Assembly: GCA_038496445.1 (NCBI GenBank)
Contig: JALMLS010000015.1
Coordinates: 186,001-250,000 of the forward strand
Direction: 5' to 3'
Length of the DNA stretch: 64,000 nucleotides
From: Trichosphaerium sp. ATCC 40318
Taxonomy: Eukaryota; Protista; Tubulinea
Below are positions 15,567 to 28,893 of the stretch, one piece after another (the first letter of the stretch is position 1; every line of letters begins with the position of its first letter). A program made the position numbers and the translations under genes. The notes beneath the pieces are model-generated. The model was not told where the DNA came from. It did not search any database and worked only from the letters and a program-made list of their open reading frames with translations.

Positions 15567-16871
15567 CTAAGTCTTCCATACGTAGTTCAAACCAGCCATG
15601 GTGTACTCGTACACTAGGGTGAGATCGTAAGTGTCAAAAAAAGTGTAATAAAAAAATATTAAAAGGAGGCGTACAAGTAAACACAATGGCGACATCTGCA
15701 CAAACTCGCATGAGACGAGCTCCTGTTCCTTTATAGAAAGCCATAGGACCCTAAACAAATAAGTACAAGGTGGTTTACGATTGACGTTTGTCCGCAACAT
15801 ACCTCGTTCTTAAAAATCTGAACGCAACAATCAATAGGTCCCTTGTAATTCTTGGCTTCCAAACCCTGCATACGCGTTTTAACTACGTCAATAGGTGTAT
15901 TACCCAACACAGACGCTCCACCAGCAACAGCACCGGCAAACATGGTTTCCCATGGTGGTTTCAAGTCACTAGAGAGAATTTAAGAAGCGAACGAAAAAAA
16001 AAATTCGAAAACAAAATTTTCCGGAATAAATTGGAAGCTGTAGGAAAAAGTCTAAAAACTACTTACCGCTGTTGATCACCTTTGAGCCATTCACCGACCT
16101 TCTTGTAGACATAGAAACGGATCATTTGATTGGTACCTTGCTTCAAAATTGTAGGAAACAAGCCCTTGTAAGTTCCAGCGATACCTTCTTCTTTTATTAT
16201 TGTTGAAACGCCGTGAACGAAACCTTTGTAGCGAGGGGTTCTGAGGGTCTGGTCGTGGATGAATTTAACTTTAATAGTTTCCATAGGTGTCACAGCGAAA
16301 ATGGCTTCTGTTACACCAGCACCAAGACCGCAAAGGAGTTGTTGACCGTCAGTAAGGTCTTTTCCTGTATTACCAACAACCAAGTTGCGAAACATTTCAA
16401 ATCCTCCAAAACGCACTGCGACTTTAGGGATAGACATCCAAAAGAGGGGTGAAAGCCCTTTGTACAAGCCAAAAAAACCGTACTCTTTAACTGTCATTTG
16501 CTAATAAATTAGTGAGGTCAGTTATCGTTGAGTTTACGTACGGCACAGTGTATAATACCATTGTACTTTGGGGTTCCACGCGCTTGGAGCTGAAGTTGGG
16601 TTTTAACACTATACCAAGTAAGTGGCGAGATTGTGGCTGTGTATGAGCGCAATTGCTAAATAAGACTCTCGTGTACACGAGTAACGTACTATTCGGTAGG
16701 GAATGTGATGCATATTTCGATACCCCCAGCGATACCGCCTGCAATGATAGCCTTTCCAAGGTGTTTCTGCTTTCCCTTTCCAGGACCATGAAGGTTGTCA
16801 GGCAATACGTCTACAGCGCGCCCATATGGCGTAAGAGGTAGCGGTTTTTGACCAAAGTATCTCGAAAACAT
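15567..16871 (-). CDS. SLC25A1: Mitochondrial citrate/tricarboxylate carrier (SLC25 family)
   Basis: [43 protein letters not shown] and [14 protein letters not shown] are characteristic of the citrate carrier. Confidence 0.93.
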
Positions 16872-17297
16872 TTCTTGCCACCTCAGCTCACAAAGCGTCA
16901 AAAGGACTTATCAACATGACTTTAAGCAGACTATTTCAGGTTACAAACAGCGTATTTTTACTCACTAAGCTTCTCGGAGTTCTTTTTAGTGTACTGCAAG
17001 TAATTATAGAAGGGTTACATTATTTTTTACTATTTGAGTAATGCCTGCTCATCTATTAGCCTGTTTTTGGTTACCGATGCGTGTAAATGCGCTTTGGGAG
17101 GTTTTAAAAGGTGTATTGTAACTGCCGTACGAAGAGCGAATTCCACTTGATTGTACACATCAATTTGTGGTAGTTACGAATGTCAGTTGAGGCGTTTAAC
17201 GTTTTCATCCGCTAAATTTGCTTTCGCTGTCAAAATCTGGTTTTCAAAACTTCACACATTCAACAAAGTACAACGCATGATTTTTTAGAGTTATACG

Positions 17298-20200
17298 ATG
17301 GAATCAAACGTTGTTAGAGTCAATCTGGTGCTCGTAGGTCGAGTGATCGACGTACAAGCATCAAAGGCTACAAGGTATTGTACTGTAGGTTTTTCTCGCT
17401 GCGCCTGACGTATTTTTAACCAGAGTGGATTCTCTCAAGTATGATCTGTTCAGAAGCACTGAAATACCTCAAACGGATCAAATATTACTCTGCGATTCGC
17501 GTAAGATTGAACCCAATGGTTCGATGCAAGATTACGGCCTGCCTTCCTTGGTAATTCACCTCACTGAATTCCGTTGCTTAAATTAACTATGAGTAGCATA
17601 AGATGGTGTATTTATTCGATAAGAGACAATTACATCCCTCCGCAAGAGGTCCTGCGAAAACTCTCATAGAACCTGTAAATCCAAGACGTACGTACCCTCT
17701 ACGCACCAACTGACTGGTTTTCGCCAAAAATACGTAGTTGGGAACGCTCCAATAATCAATACCAATGACACGCCGTGCCTACAAAATTATCGTGTACTTA
17801 CATAGAGTGTAGTTCCATTGAAAACGCGGTTTATTGGTGAACCATCTGACAGCCCACGTATGCGTACCCTGAAAGAGTACCAACATCAATTTTTATACAA
17901 CTTGTCTGTTGTACAGGTGCGTAAAGAGGAACTAGAATTGGCCTAACAGTTTTTTTTATTTTTATTTTTACCGCTACATTTTTTTTTACGTTTACCTGAC
18001 GTTGTTTAGGCTGTATTTGCCGCCAGTAAAGCGAAAAAAATGCTGTGTAAGCAATGTCATGAGGAACAAGCAAATATGGCGAAAGGGCTACAAGCCGCCA
18101 TACGTAACATGGACGTACATCGTGTGTACGTGTTATCGTAGTTGGCTTGATGTTGATATAAATTTGTAACGAAATACTGTAGGAGCACGGAAACAACTTT
18201 GAAATCGTTTAGTTCGTATTTTGAACACCACACTGCTAAGCATAGAAAGTCGCTTGGAGAGTTCAATTCAAACCTAAATTTGGTATTACATTGTAACATC
18301 CATAAGCGAAAACACTAATAATGTCGGTAGCTTGGCGAAACGATACTTGATCCTGCTTTACAAACACCGGAGAGGAAGAAACTTATCGACTACGTGCCAG
18401 CTATTAAGCTTAAAAAATGGCACACGCGATGCAAACAGCAACAAGGTTAGCTAATACAACAAGATCAGTGAGAATAGAACCTAACTTTTTTAGAAAATCT
18501 TGAAAAGCTCTTTTCTTCTGTAAAAAAGCGCATTCAAGACATCAAAATAGAGGTAGAACAGCACAAAAAAGCTATTGAGGCTTCTGTAGAGTACGTGTTT
18601 TATTCCTCCTTTACTTGAAATTATTCTGTCAAACGAGCTCATTTAAATTAGTTTCCGTGTTCAAAGACATAGTATTGATGTAGCAGAGAGTGCAATAAAG
18701 AAAATAGCTCAGTACATTGACACAATAAGCCAAGGTAAGCATGGGATCAATTAAGTCAAAAGAATATTCTTATGCATTAGTAATGATTGATTCTCACTAA
18801 ATTGTTTGATGTTGCGTGTTTGTGTTTTATTCTAATGTCATATAGCGATTGCCAAAGCCCGTGTTGTTATTAGTAGACGAATTGATCCAGATGATGCAGT
18901 ATTAAGGGAGTTTAAAGATATGCTTACCGTTCAAGATAACACAATATTATCAGCAACTCACCTTGACACACAAATCAAGAAAATAGTTTTGGACTTTGCA
19001 GCTGAAAAAGTACGCGTAGCCAGGATGCTTTACGCACAGATTTGGTTTTCCTTGTTGAACTAATATGTACTGACTTTGTTATAGTCTAAATTTGCTGTTT
19101 TCGTGCATAAAAAACTGCAGGCTTCAAGTCGCGTAGCTGATCTTATGGGCACTGTACACAGTAAATTTGTGGCTATTCGTGAAGCCATGTCAAAGCACAG
19201 ACAAGATATGTCCCAATTGGCTTTTGTAGATTGTCTACCAACTACTTACGAAAACTGCGTTACAGAAGTCAGGTACCACGCACCTTTAATGCTCCTGCTC
19301 CTTCTTACTGTTTTTTTTAGGCGGAGGAAAGCTTGGAAGATTGCGCTTATGGCTGAACTTCAAAGGATGCGCGAAACAATAGTTTGTGTCCGAGATAAGG
19401 AGTTGCAGAAGAGAGAGCGATTTTTTAAAAACCATAAACAATACATACCAAAGCCTCTCTTCCCTGGCTTGACAGATTTCCTACCAGAAGTTAAAATAGC
19501 AATAGATGACTTTGATACTTCTTTACCTAATGTAGCACCAGGTACGTTTTTTTTTTTGCTTACTCTACAATTTCGGTGAATGGGATAAATGGCTTACGTG
19601 TCTTTTTTGTAGGCGATGATGTTGCTATTGATTTTAGCTGTGTACCTCCTACTGATCACAATGCATCTGGTGAGTCGTCCCTTGCGCTTACAAAAAATCT
19701 TCGCGATGACCTTGCCAAACAAGAGAAAAGCGCTGCTTTGGCTCAAACAGAACTTGTAAAGAAAGAAGCGCGTATTGCCTCTCTTGAAAGTGAGCTCATG
19801 GAATACAAAGAAAAAGCAAAGGTAACCATTTAAAAAACCGAAAACCGGACCTTCTCCTTTGCCTTACTTGTTTTTACGTTAACCTAATATCGTAAAAGGG
19901 CTATCAAACACGTGTTAGTGATCTAGAAGCTAAGCATGCGACGATATACCAGAGCTTTATGGATTCTCAGCACAACTTACAATTATTTCAAGAACAACAA
20001 CAGAACGAGTTGGATGCCAGCGCTATTTTCAAGGTTAGTAACCTGTCTGTAACCTCTTCTTTTTCTTTATTTTGTTGTAACAAAAACTGACTTGTTGTGG
20101 TATAGGAGACCGCCAAGGAAGCCGAGGAAAAGTTGAAAAAGCAAGAGGAGATTCTTGCTGAAAGAGAGCGTCTATTGGCTGAGAAAAACGAAAAAATTAA

Positions 20201-22493
20201 CTCTCTTGAAACCTCAGTTGTACAAACAGAAGAGAAGTATGCTGCTATGGAAAAGAGTGCCCAAGACCGCCTGGAAGCGCTTGAAATAGCGAAGAAAAAG
20301 GCAGCTGTACGTTTAGAGTTTTATCAAGAAAAGTTTTTTCGATTTTATTGTTTGGTGCTTATTGACTTGGGATAGGAGCTTGAAGAAAAGCTTATTAAAA
20401 CAGCAGAACTTCACCAAAATACTACAGGAGATAAGAACCAGTTAGAACAATCTCTGATTGTACAAAACAAAGAATCAGATGAGTTACGAATGAAGCTTAT
20501 TGGAGTTGAAAAAGAGGTAAACAAATGAACTTTTTTTTCTTTTTCTTCTCTTCTTGCTTTTTGCGCGAGTTTGTTGATGAAATTAATGGTTTTATTTAGA
20601 AAGAAGAAGCTGAGAATAGCTTGATGGAATCTAAGCTCGAACTGAATAGTATCACAGCAGAGATGAAGAAGTTTGAAGAAAAGTTAAAAGCTGCACAAGC
20701 ACAAGCTAAAAAAGCAATTGAAGAGTCCAAAAAGAATGCGTACGCATACAAGAATTATACATCAAAAATATCGCCTCGTCTTTTTTGCTTACTGGTGTCT
20801 AGAGATGCAAAGAGAGCTATTGAAAGAAAGCTTGAGGCTTCTGTTAAAATAGAGGATAGAAAAACTCGTGAGTTAGAGCAAGAGAAGAACCGCTTGAGTA
20901 CAGGTACGTTATCTTCAAAGAACCCAAAACTTTTTTTTTGGAATTTATTTTCTGATTTTGTTTTTTGCATCTCTAGAAATGAATATGCGCGTTGAGAAGA
21001 GTAAATCACTTGAAGCGTCCCTAAAGAAGGAGAAACAAACGGTTTTAACTCATAAAAAGGCAAGTTAACGTCAATCACAGTTGAGAGTTGAAACTGACTT
21101 TTAATTCTTGTATTAGGAACTGAATAAGCTAAAAAAAGACTTACAAAAATCAACAAGAGAACTTAAAAGTCTTACACAAGAAAATGAAAAGCTTAACAAA
21201 AATATTGCTAAATTTCGTGATGAGTTACGTGATGTACAAAGCGAAAAGAGTGGTGTCGAGGAGGAGTTGATCCTAGTCAATTCGTACGTAAAGCCATGAA
21301 CAACATAATTATTTTTCTTTCAACCTCTTTTACGCAAATCCAAGCCTTTTTGTACACTGTGTACTTCTCGTCGATACTTTGACGTCTGAGCTTCTGTTTC
21401 TTTTTTTCAATGCTCTTTCCTTTGCTTGCTTCTTTTGCTAACTTTTGTAAACAGGTCAATAAAGAGAAAGCTTGAGAAGCTTCAACTTGGTCTAGGACTC
21501 AAATTAGACAATTCTGTAGATATAACGTACGTGATGTCATTTTTCTTTTTTTTACTGTCATCAAAAAATCCTGTAAGAGTCAAAATGATGGTAATATTCA
21601 AGACGGGGATGATTACCTGATTATAACCTGAATCCTGACTGCTCTTGATTCATAATTTGTGTATTTTTGGAAGACAAGTTCGCCAAAACAATTTTTTTTT
21701 TCATCGAAATTTCAACCTTTTTTGTGTCTGTTGTTGGTACTAAATGTGTTTTTCTTTGTTTAGTGTCCGTCTTGATGATGTTGTTAACAAATTGAATGAG
21801 TTTGATATACATAAGTTGAAACGTGAGAATGATATGCTTAGAGAAGAGATTATGAGGAGTATAACTTTATTCAATTTCAAGGCTGGTTCTTTGGTTATGT
21901 TTAAGCCTCATGGTAAATTTCATGTTATATTTGCTACTGTAGAGGAACCAAAGTACTTCTTGGATCCTCAATGTAAACAAATATTTAAAAATGTACGTAC
22001 AGGACATTTTTTTCTTTCTTCCCTTTTTTTTTTTTAGTTTTTTTTTTGGGTTACAACGTCACCTGATTGAATAGACAAGTGCATTTTGCTTTTTGTTTTT
22101 TGTTGGCTCTGAGAGTCAGGAGATTTTATAAGCAAGTACTTTTTTTTGGGTTGGCTATAATGTCACCAGTGAATACGTAAAAAAAGTATTTTTTTCAACC
22201 TTTTTTTTGTCTTGTTGTTGTTGTTTATTCGCTTGTATTTTTGTTTAATTATATTGATGGTTTGCTTTAGGAAATTGATAATGGTCTTGTGATCATGGGG
22301 CGTTGTATTTTGTTTGAAAAGAAAGTGGCTGTACGTGATAAAACTATGGAACAAAAACTTTTTTTTTTGTTTGCTTAACAAACATTGACATGTTCTTTTG
22401 TAGAAAGCTGGTAACCAATTTGGTGTACCAACAGATAGTGCTTATGTTACTGTCATGGCTGAAAGAGCTTTTCCGCAACCATCTTCACAGTAA
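17298..22493 (+). CDS. ATG11: Autophagy scaffold ATG11/FIP200 (RB1CC1)-like, many exons
   Basis: N-terminal ubiquitin-like region (TEIPQTDQILL...DYGLPS...VYLFDK), EVxRRKAW segment, long coiled coil, and C-terminal claw-like domain (ITLFNFKAGSLVMF...PKYFLD...NQFGVP). Confidence 0.8.
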
Positions 22494-23154
22494 GTGAGAG
22501 ATAAGCTTTGACCAAGTTTTGCTAACTTTTTTGCTCTCAAGGTAAAAAAAAATTGTATTTTCTAAAACGAACCAAAAAAGGAAGAAAAAAAAGAGTGTGA
22601 CACTCCCATCGTGTAAAAAAAAATTTGTATTTCTAAGTGCGCATAACTTGATAAAAAACTGTCTGTAATAAACATGGTATTAACAAAACAAAAAAACACG
22701 TGTCACGTTAATCTAAGACAAGGCCAACTTGGTCAGCTGCTCAAGAAGAGAATCTATTTACAGCAATTACGTGCGACACAGAAATTTGTTGGCAATGATA
22801 CACTTTATAGTCGCCGTAAAGGATTAGCACAGCCTGGTTCTGTTGCTGAAGATGCTCGAAAGTTTAAATCTCATTTGCGTAAAGACTGGTACGACTAATT
22901 TTTTTTTTTGTTGAATACTATTGACGTTTATTACACAACCGTGTTACAACAAACAGAACTCACCTCAAGCTGTTCTTTTATAATACAAACAACTTTTGGA
23001 CCTGAGAACGCTGGAGTATGTATTTTAAGTTAAAATACCTTTAAAATTGCTACAACCGATTACGACTACTAGTTATAGATGCACAGCATCCTATTTTCGC
23101 TTCACAACAATTTTTAACTACTTACAAGAACTACTAGGTTCAGAAAGAACAAAA

Positions 23155-24221
23155 ATGCAAAAAACAAGCGTTATTTTAGACACTGATATTGGTGATTGGA
23201 TTGATGACACATTTGCTCTTGTGTTTCTCTTAAACAGTCCAGAAGTAGATATAAAACTTATAACTACTTGTTATGGTGATACACTATCACGTGCAAAAGT
23301 TGTAGCAAAGTACTTACAGGCACGTTCCCTAATTCTGTTCAATATCCAAAGTAACATCTTAGCAAACACTAGCACTCTGTATCTTCACGCTTCTTACTTT
23401 GCTCTAGATTGCCAAGAGGGAGGATATACCAGTTGGTGTAGGAGAGAAAAAAACAGGGCTAGACTCAGGATGCCAGTTTCCTTGGGCGTCCTCCTTAGAT
23501 GTTAATAACTACAAAGGAACCATCCATTTGGATGGCGTTGATGCTATTATTAGTACTATTAAAGCTTCTCCTGGTCCTGTCACATTTCTCGCTATTGGTA
23601 GTATGACTAACTTGTCAATTGCTATATCGCGTGCTCCAGAGATAGCCAGTAAGATTATCCTTGTAGTTCAAGCTGGAGCCTTCGGATTTACAAGCCAAAA
23701 AGATTTCTTTGCAAGTTGGAATATTCAGATTGATCTTCAAGCTGCTAAGAATGTATGGAACACACAATGGAAAGATTTCATTATTGTACCATATGATGTT
23801 ACTAAAAGCGTTGTAATCGATGGTGATAATTGGAAACGAATAGTAAGTCATTTGTGAGCCCTTTTTGTAACCTTTTACTAGACATCTTCTCAGAATCCTT
23901 TGACTAAAGCTCTCATTGAGGGTCATTGGACTTTTTCCAAGACTCGCCCAAATTACCCTAATGACAAATGTTATACATTGTTTGATACAGCTGCAGTATT
24001 ACTAGCTATTAATCCAAACTACTTAAAGTACGACTACAGCTCTTTTTCACAAAGAAACAAATGACCTTCCTAACATTGTTTGCTTCAGACCAGAACCTGC
24101 TAAAGTAACACTTGACGATAGTAGTTGTACACATATTTCTGATAGCGGCAAGGAATGCAAAGTGACTAAAAAGTGGGAAGACCTTTCTGGTTTTATTACT
24201 CTTTTATCCGGTAGATTATGA
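23155..24221 (+). CDS. Inosine/uridine-preferring nucleoside hydrolase family protein
   Basis: VILDTDIGDWIDDTFAL aspartate cluster, EDIPVGVG, AIGSMTN, SWNIQID, VPYDVT, LFDTAAV. Three introns, the first GC-AG (23320-23407). Confidence 0.9.
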
Positions 24222-24479
24222 GGCTACGTACAATCATTTCCAGTACAAGTTTATTGCTTGGAATACCAACAAACGAAGAGCGAAATTTTGGACAGCTTTT
24301 TTTGTGTAACGGATTCACGTGTTTGTGCCTGAAATAAAAAAGCTTGTCAGTTGTAGACATTTAGCCACAAGCTATACAAATGCTGTACTATTGTGAAGCC
24401 ATGTAGTGCAATGATCAATTGTTTACTTTTTGCGACTTAAAATGCAGAAGCTGCTTCATTTTGATGAACAACCGCACAC

Positions 24480-25184
24480 ATGGACGTCTTACATTCGTAT
24501 TTATCCCGCATATTAAGCCTTCCTGTGGAGATACATCTCCTTATTATTGACTTAGATCATGAAGTGTATATAAAGTGGCCATTACTTTCAAAACATACAG
24601 CAATGACAACAAGATTTGACAATCAGTTAAAAAAACACGGGAAATGGAAAAAAATATTAAAATCGCTTGTTATCATTCAAAGATACTGGAAACACGGTCT
24701 ATCTCATGGAACATATAAGTCTTGGTACGATAATGGACAAATAAGGAAGCAATGCCATTTTCTTGATGGTAAACTAAGCGGTGAATACCTAATATGGCAT
24801 GACAATGGCACTCTAGCAGAGCATAAACATTATGTTGATAATACACTTGAAGGTGAGTATAAGACATGGAGCTCTGATGGTCAATTGTGGGAGCACTATA
24901 ATTTTGTTAATAACAAACTACACGGAGAATACAAGTCTTGGCAACTTTATGGTATTCTATGTAAGCATTGTAGTTATGTCAATGATGAACTAGACGGAGA
25001 GTACAAGAGTTGGTATGCCAATGGTCAAATGGAGGAGAAATGTTACTATGTTGCTGGTAAACGTGAAGGAGAGTCTCGTAAATGGTATAGAGATGGTCAA
25101 CTAAAAAGCCACCATCAATATGTTAGTGGAATCCGTGTTGTTCAGAAGCTTGAAACCAGGGACAGCACGTGCATTCTACTGTAA
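24480..25184 (+). CDS. F-box-like + MORN variant (MORN_2/YwqK-like) repeat protein, intronless
   Basis: LSLPVEIHLLII N-terminus followed by 24-aa repeats G(E/T)YKSWYxNGQLxxxxxYVxxKL. Confidence 0.85.
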   Translation: MDVLHSYLSRILSLPVEIHLLIIDLDHEVYIKWPLLSKHTAMTTRFDNQLKKHGKWKKILKSLVIIQRYWKHGLSHGTYKSWYDNGQIRKQCHFLDGKLSGEYLIWHDNGTLAEHKHYVDNTLEGEYKTWSSDGQLWEHYNFVNNKLHGEYKSWQLYGILCKHCSYVNDELDGEYKSWYANGQMEEKCYYVAGKREGESRKWYRDGQLKSHHQYVSGIRVVQKLETRDSTCILL

Positions 25185-25255
25185 CCCGAAACAATAGAGA
25201 CTATTTTGAATTGGTTCAAGAACACTGTTTTACTAAAAAGAAGTTTACAATCTTG

Positions 25256-25650
25256 TTATGCTCGTTTCTTTTATACATGTGTACAATTCACCATTCTCAT
25301 ACCACTCTATGCATTCTCCATTACATTCATTATGTACATAATAACAATTAATTTTAAGCTACCAATAACGCCCTCTTTGTAATCTCCATGTACATAATGA
25401 GAATGGATTTTTAGTTTACCAATACGGTCCCACACCTTATACTCTCCATGTTGTTTATCGTTTACATAATGAGATTGCTTGATATTGTAGCCAAGATATG
25501 TTGTTGGAGATTCCAGTACAACTTTGAATAGATAACTTCGAAAAAACTGTTTTCAAAAACTTCTGCAAAAACACCTTTGGGTATGACTTTTTTGGAGCGA
25601 TAAAGGCTCGTCCATCAACTTCAGTACACGGTAGTGACTTCTCATTCAAT
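25256..25650 (-). pseudogene. Degenerate MORN_2 repeat gene
   Basis: Minus-strand fragments YVNDKQHGEYKVWDRIGKLKIHSHYVHG and KINCYYVHNECNGECIEWYENGELY lie in different frames. Convergent with 24480-25184. Confidence 0.7.
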
Positions 25651-25722
25651 TATTCATTTATTGTTATTTTATTTTACAAATTGTGTTTCTTACCAAAAAA
25701 CGTAAGCGGCACGTGGATATTT

Positions 25723-27069
25723 TTATATTTTTGTTTTCTGTTTATGTCCTTTCTTTTTAAGGGATAATTTTCTCAGCCATCTTCTACTACTTTTACCATG
25801 TTTACCATCCTTTTCATTATGTTCTTCTTCCTGCGCTGGAGGAGTTTCTGCAGGTGCGGTAGGCTTCGACCAATCTGATTGAACTAATGCTTATGAGACT
25901 TTTGAACGTTAAATTGTGGCCACGTGTTCATTGGCACGGAGTGGGGAGTTCAAAAAAAAATTGTAACGTACTGTTATGCTTCGAGTTGAAAATTGTGACG
26001 CAGTCTTCGCAGACTAGCCCAAAACGCTCTACGTTAAGCAAGTCTTCATCAAGGTATAGGCCAAAACATGAGACGCATTCATGCCTGTTTGCAATCTTCA
26101 TTCCTTTGAGCTGGTCAGGCGACATACTCTATGTAAACACAATGTTAGGCCATTATGATTGTTTACAAAATAACTTGTTTTAAACAACACAAAAACCTTC
26201 CGGAATACGATAGTAGTATACTCCTGAGCATATTGTACGCGTTCAAACGTTTGGAGGCACAAAAATTGTTGGCAGTAAACAACGTGATTGCTCTGATTTT
26301 TGAGCTTTTTTTGTGTTTCACGTGACGTTTAAACAACGGTAAAAACACGGACGTACGTTACGTATAGGCTTAACGTTAACCTTCTCGCTGGGTTTGCCCA
26401 GGTTAATACTATTTGATCTACGCATGCTCATTGTATATAAGATTCTGGGTAAGCCGGCTTCAGTGCTTCGCTGGTTGTTTACGCTTGGTGTTTTTAAGGT
26501 AAAGTCAAACAATTCCTCAAAAAAACTGCTTAATCGCTATATAGCGCTACAAACGTGGTGTATAGTTTTTGTACATTTACCGAACTCCGCTTCACCAGGA
26601 CGTGAGGGCTGCGCAGCTCTAAGCTAAAAATATTTTCAGTGAATAGGGGTTTCTTTTTTCTTTTGGGAACTCTTTACCTTGCTTTATTTTTGCGACAAGA
26701 TACGAGAAAACAAAACCCCAATAGTGAGAACAAGCTTTGAGTACTACAAGATAAAACTTGCAAGAAGTCACGTGCATACGTATGGTTTGACTGTATATAA
26801 CATTATTAGACATCTAGCACTCCTTAGAAGTACTCAACAACATTTTGATGACGCCTCTTGGTTCTACTGCAAAGTACTGCTTACAATTTTCTCGGATGCT
26901 TAATGACGTCAGTAGGAGAGTGCCTATTCACAGCTTTTACACCTTTTTTAGAAGTTGAGAATACTTGTTTGCGTAAACCAATACCTGACTTTCCTAGCGT
27001 TGAAAACAAGACAAGTTGGTTAAGCCAATAAAAAAAGCGTGTTTTCCAAACCCAACCAGCCTTTTGCAT
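25723..27069 (-). CDS. Hypothetical multi-exon protein (start uncertain)
   Basis: GT-AG junctions join RLSSFFEELFDFTLK..., LKNQSNHVVYCQQFLC..., SMSPDQ...CVSC...CEDC... and QSDWSKPTAP...KQKTKI* in frame. No recognised family. Confidence 0.5.
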
Positions 27070-27155
27070 ATTATGACCGATATCTTACGTAAGCTACATT
27101 ACTGTTGTAAGCTTGGAAGAGTAACATTAGCGAATAGGACGGCTTGACAATGGTA

Positions 27156-28571
27156 TGGCGGTGCTTGACATTTCGACATTTTATACGCAAAACAAACAAG
27201 CTCAGGAGGAAGTAGCCGCTTGCTTAAAACAAGGCATAGTAATAACACCAAGCAGAAGAGAATTTATCGTATTTCTTTCTGTTTAAGCTGAAACGTACTT
27301 CATTTTTAGAGATGGAAGGAGTTGGTAGCCTATGGATTACTGGGACGGGTATTGATCAGAGTATAGTGAAGAAAATGTTTGATGAAACTACAAAATTCTT
27401 TCAAATGCCTCTTGAATACAAGAGAAAGCTTATAAAGAGATCAAAGATGGGTCGCGGTTATATTCCTTTTGAGACGGAGAACGGTAATAAATTTGCTGTA
27501 CGTGTCAATAGAACAGTCATTATAATACGTGCCAATCTATTGGTTGACAACCTTAACCGTTTTTTGAAATGTTGACACCAAGAGCTCTGCAAATGGTCTG
27601 AATGCACTAGAAAGTAGTAAAAAACGCGGTTTTAACTATTTATTTTTTAAAAGAAATTCATTCAAGACTATAAATTGGCGTTTTATCTTTTGTAGTGAAT
27701 AAACTTTAGGGCAGGGACGGATTCCCAAATGACCCTATTGAGAAGTTTGGTATTGGTCCTTTACATGTTCCAAACGAAGAAGTGTTCACGTGTGATGAAC
27801 TTAGTTGGTTCTACGATGATAACGTATGGCCAGATAGACCTCGTTTTGAACTTGCTTGGAGGGACTATACTCATGCAATGAGAAATCTTTTGTTCGTTAT
27901 ATTGAGGTTCGCTGATTAGCAGTGATGGTATAACTAATTGCTATGGTAGAATAAGTAGTATGGCTCTGGGTATCGATGAAGAAAAACTTATAAAAGCACA
28001 CTATAACGGACCTTTCTCTCTGAAAGGAATGAACTACCCGAAAGTTGAAAATCCAAAAGAAAACCAAAATGCTAGATTCCCTGAGCACACAGATATTGGT
28101 ACTTTTACTATTTTATCTATGACAGATGCAAAGGATTCTTTACAAGTAAAGAATGTTTCAGGAAACTGGGTATGCGAGATAAGATACTCAAAAGACAACT
28201 CGTTTCTGACTTTTTTTTTCTTCGAAAACAGATTCCTGTTGACCCTGAACCTGGTTGTTTTTTTCTGAATATAGGTGAAACGATGGCACGATGGACTAAC
28301 GATAGATGGCGCGCAACACCTCATCGCGTAATATGGCCGTCAATTCCTCAGGTAACCGAAAAAAACTTCAGACTATTTCTACCTTTTTTTGTAGCAACGT
28401 ATGTCTTTTGGGTTTTTCGCATTACCACGCCCTGATACGCCCATTGATTGTATAATCCAAGGTTCTGAGAATAAAAAATATCCTTCAATTACTATGAACC
28501 AAATGTTCCAAGAAAGAATGGCTGGTTTAGCTGGCTTGGCGTCAACACGAAAGTTACAAAAAAAGCAATAA
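27156..28571 (+). CDS. 2-oxoglutarate/Fe(II)-dependent dioxygenase (isopenicillin N synthase-like)
   Basis: VLDISTF, RGYIPF, EHTDIGTFTIL (HxD), NIGETMARWTNDRWRATPHRV (distal His). Confidence 0.9.
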
Positions 28572-28893
28572 ATCAAAATATGTTCATAAACTCTTCATAA
28601 GAGATCAAGATATTGAGACATACCCTCTGAGCTATCTAGTATTTCTGAGTTAATACTAGCTGCTCAAAGAAGCAAATAAGGGTATTTTGTAGCCTCACAA
28701 AGAGATGTGAACGTTGTTAAAATAGAATGTTCAAGAATCAACTTGACCAGACGAAATACCAATACAAAATTAACTCTACTGGCTGTAAACCGTCGTTAAC
28801 CGTTCACTCAATCATATTACATTTTGTACAGAGCGTATAGACCCAATACACTTAAAATACAACAACAATTGAACGGAAGATTGAAACAAGACG

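Noticed and set aside
22674-22898. 74-aa ORF between ATG11 and the nucleoside hydrolase
   Set aside because: No recognisable motif or paralog, so it cannot be supported.
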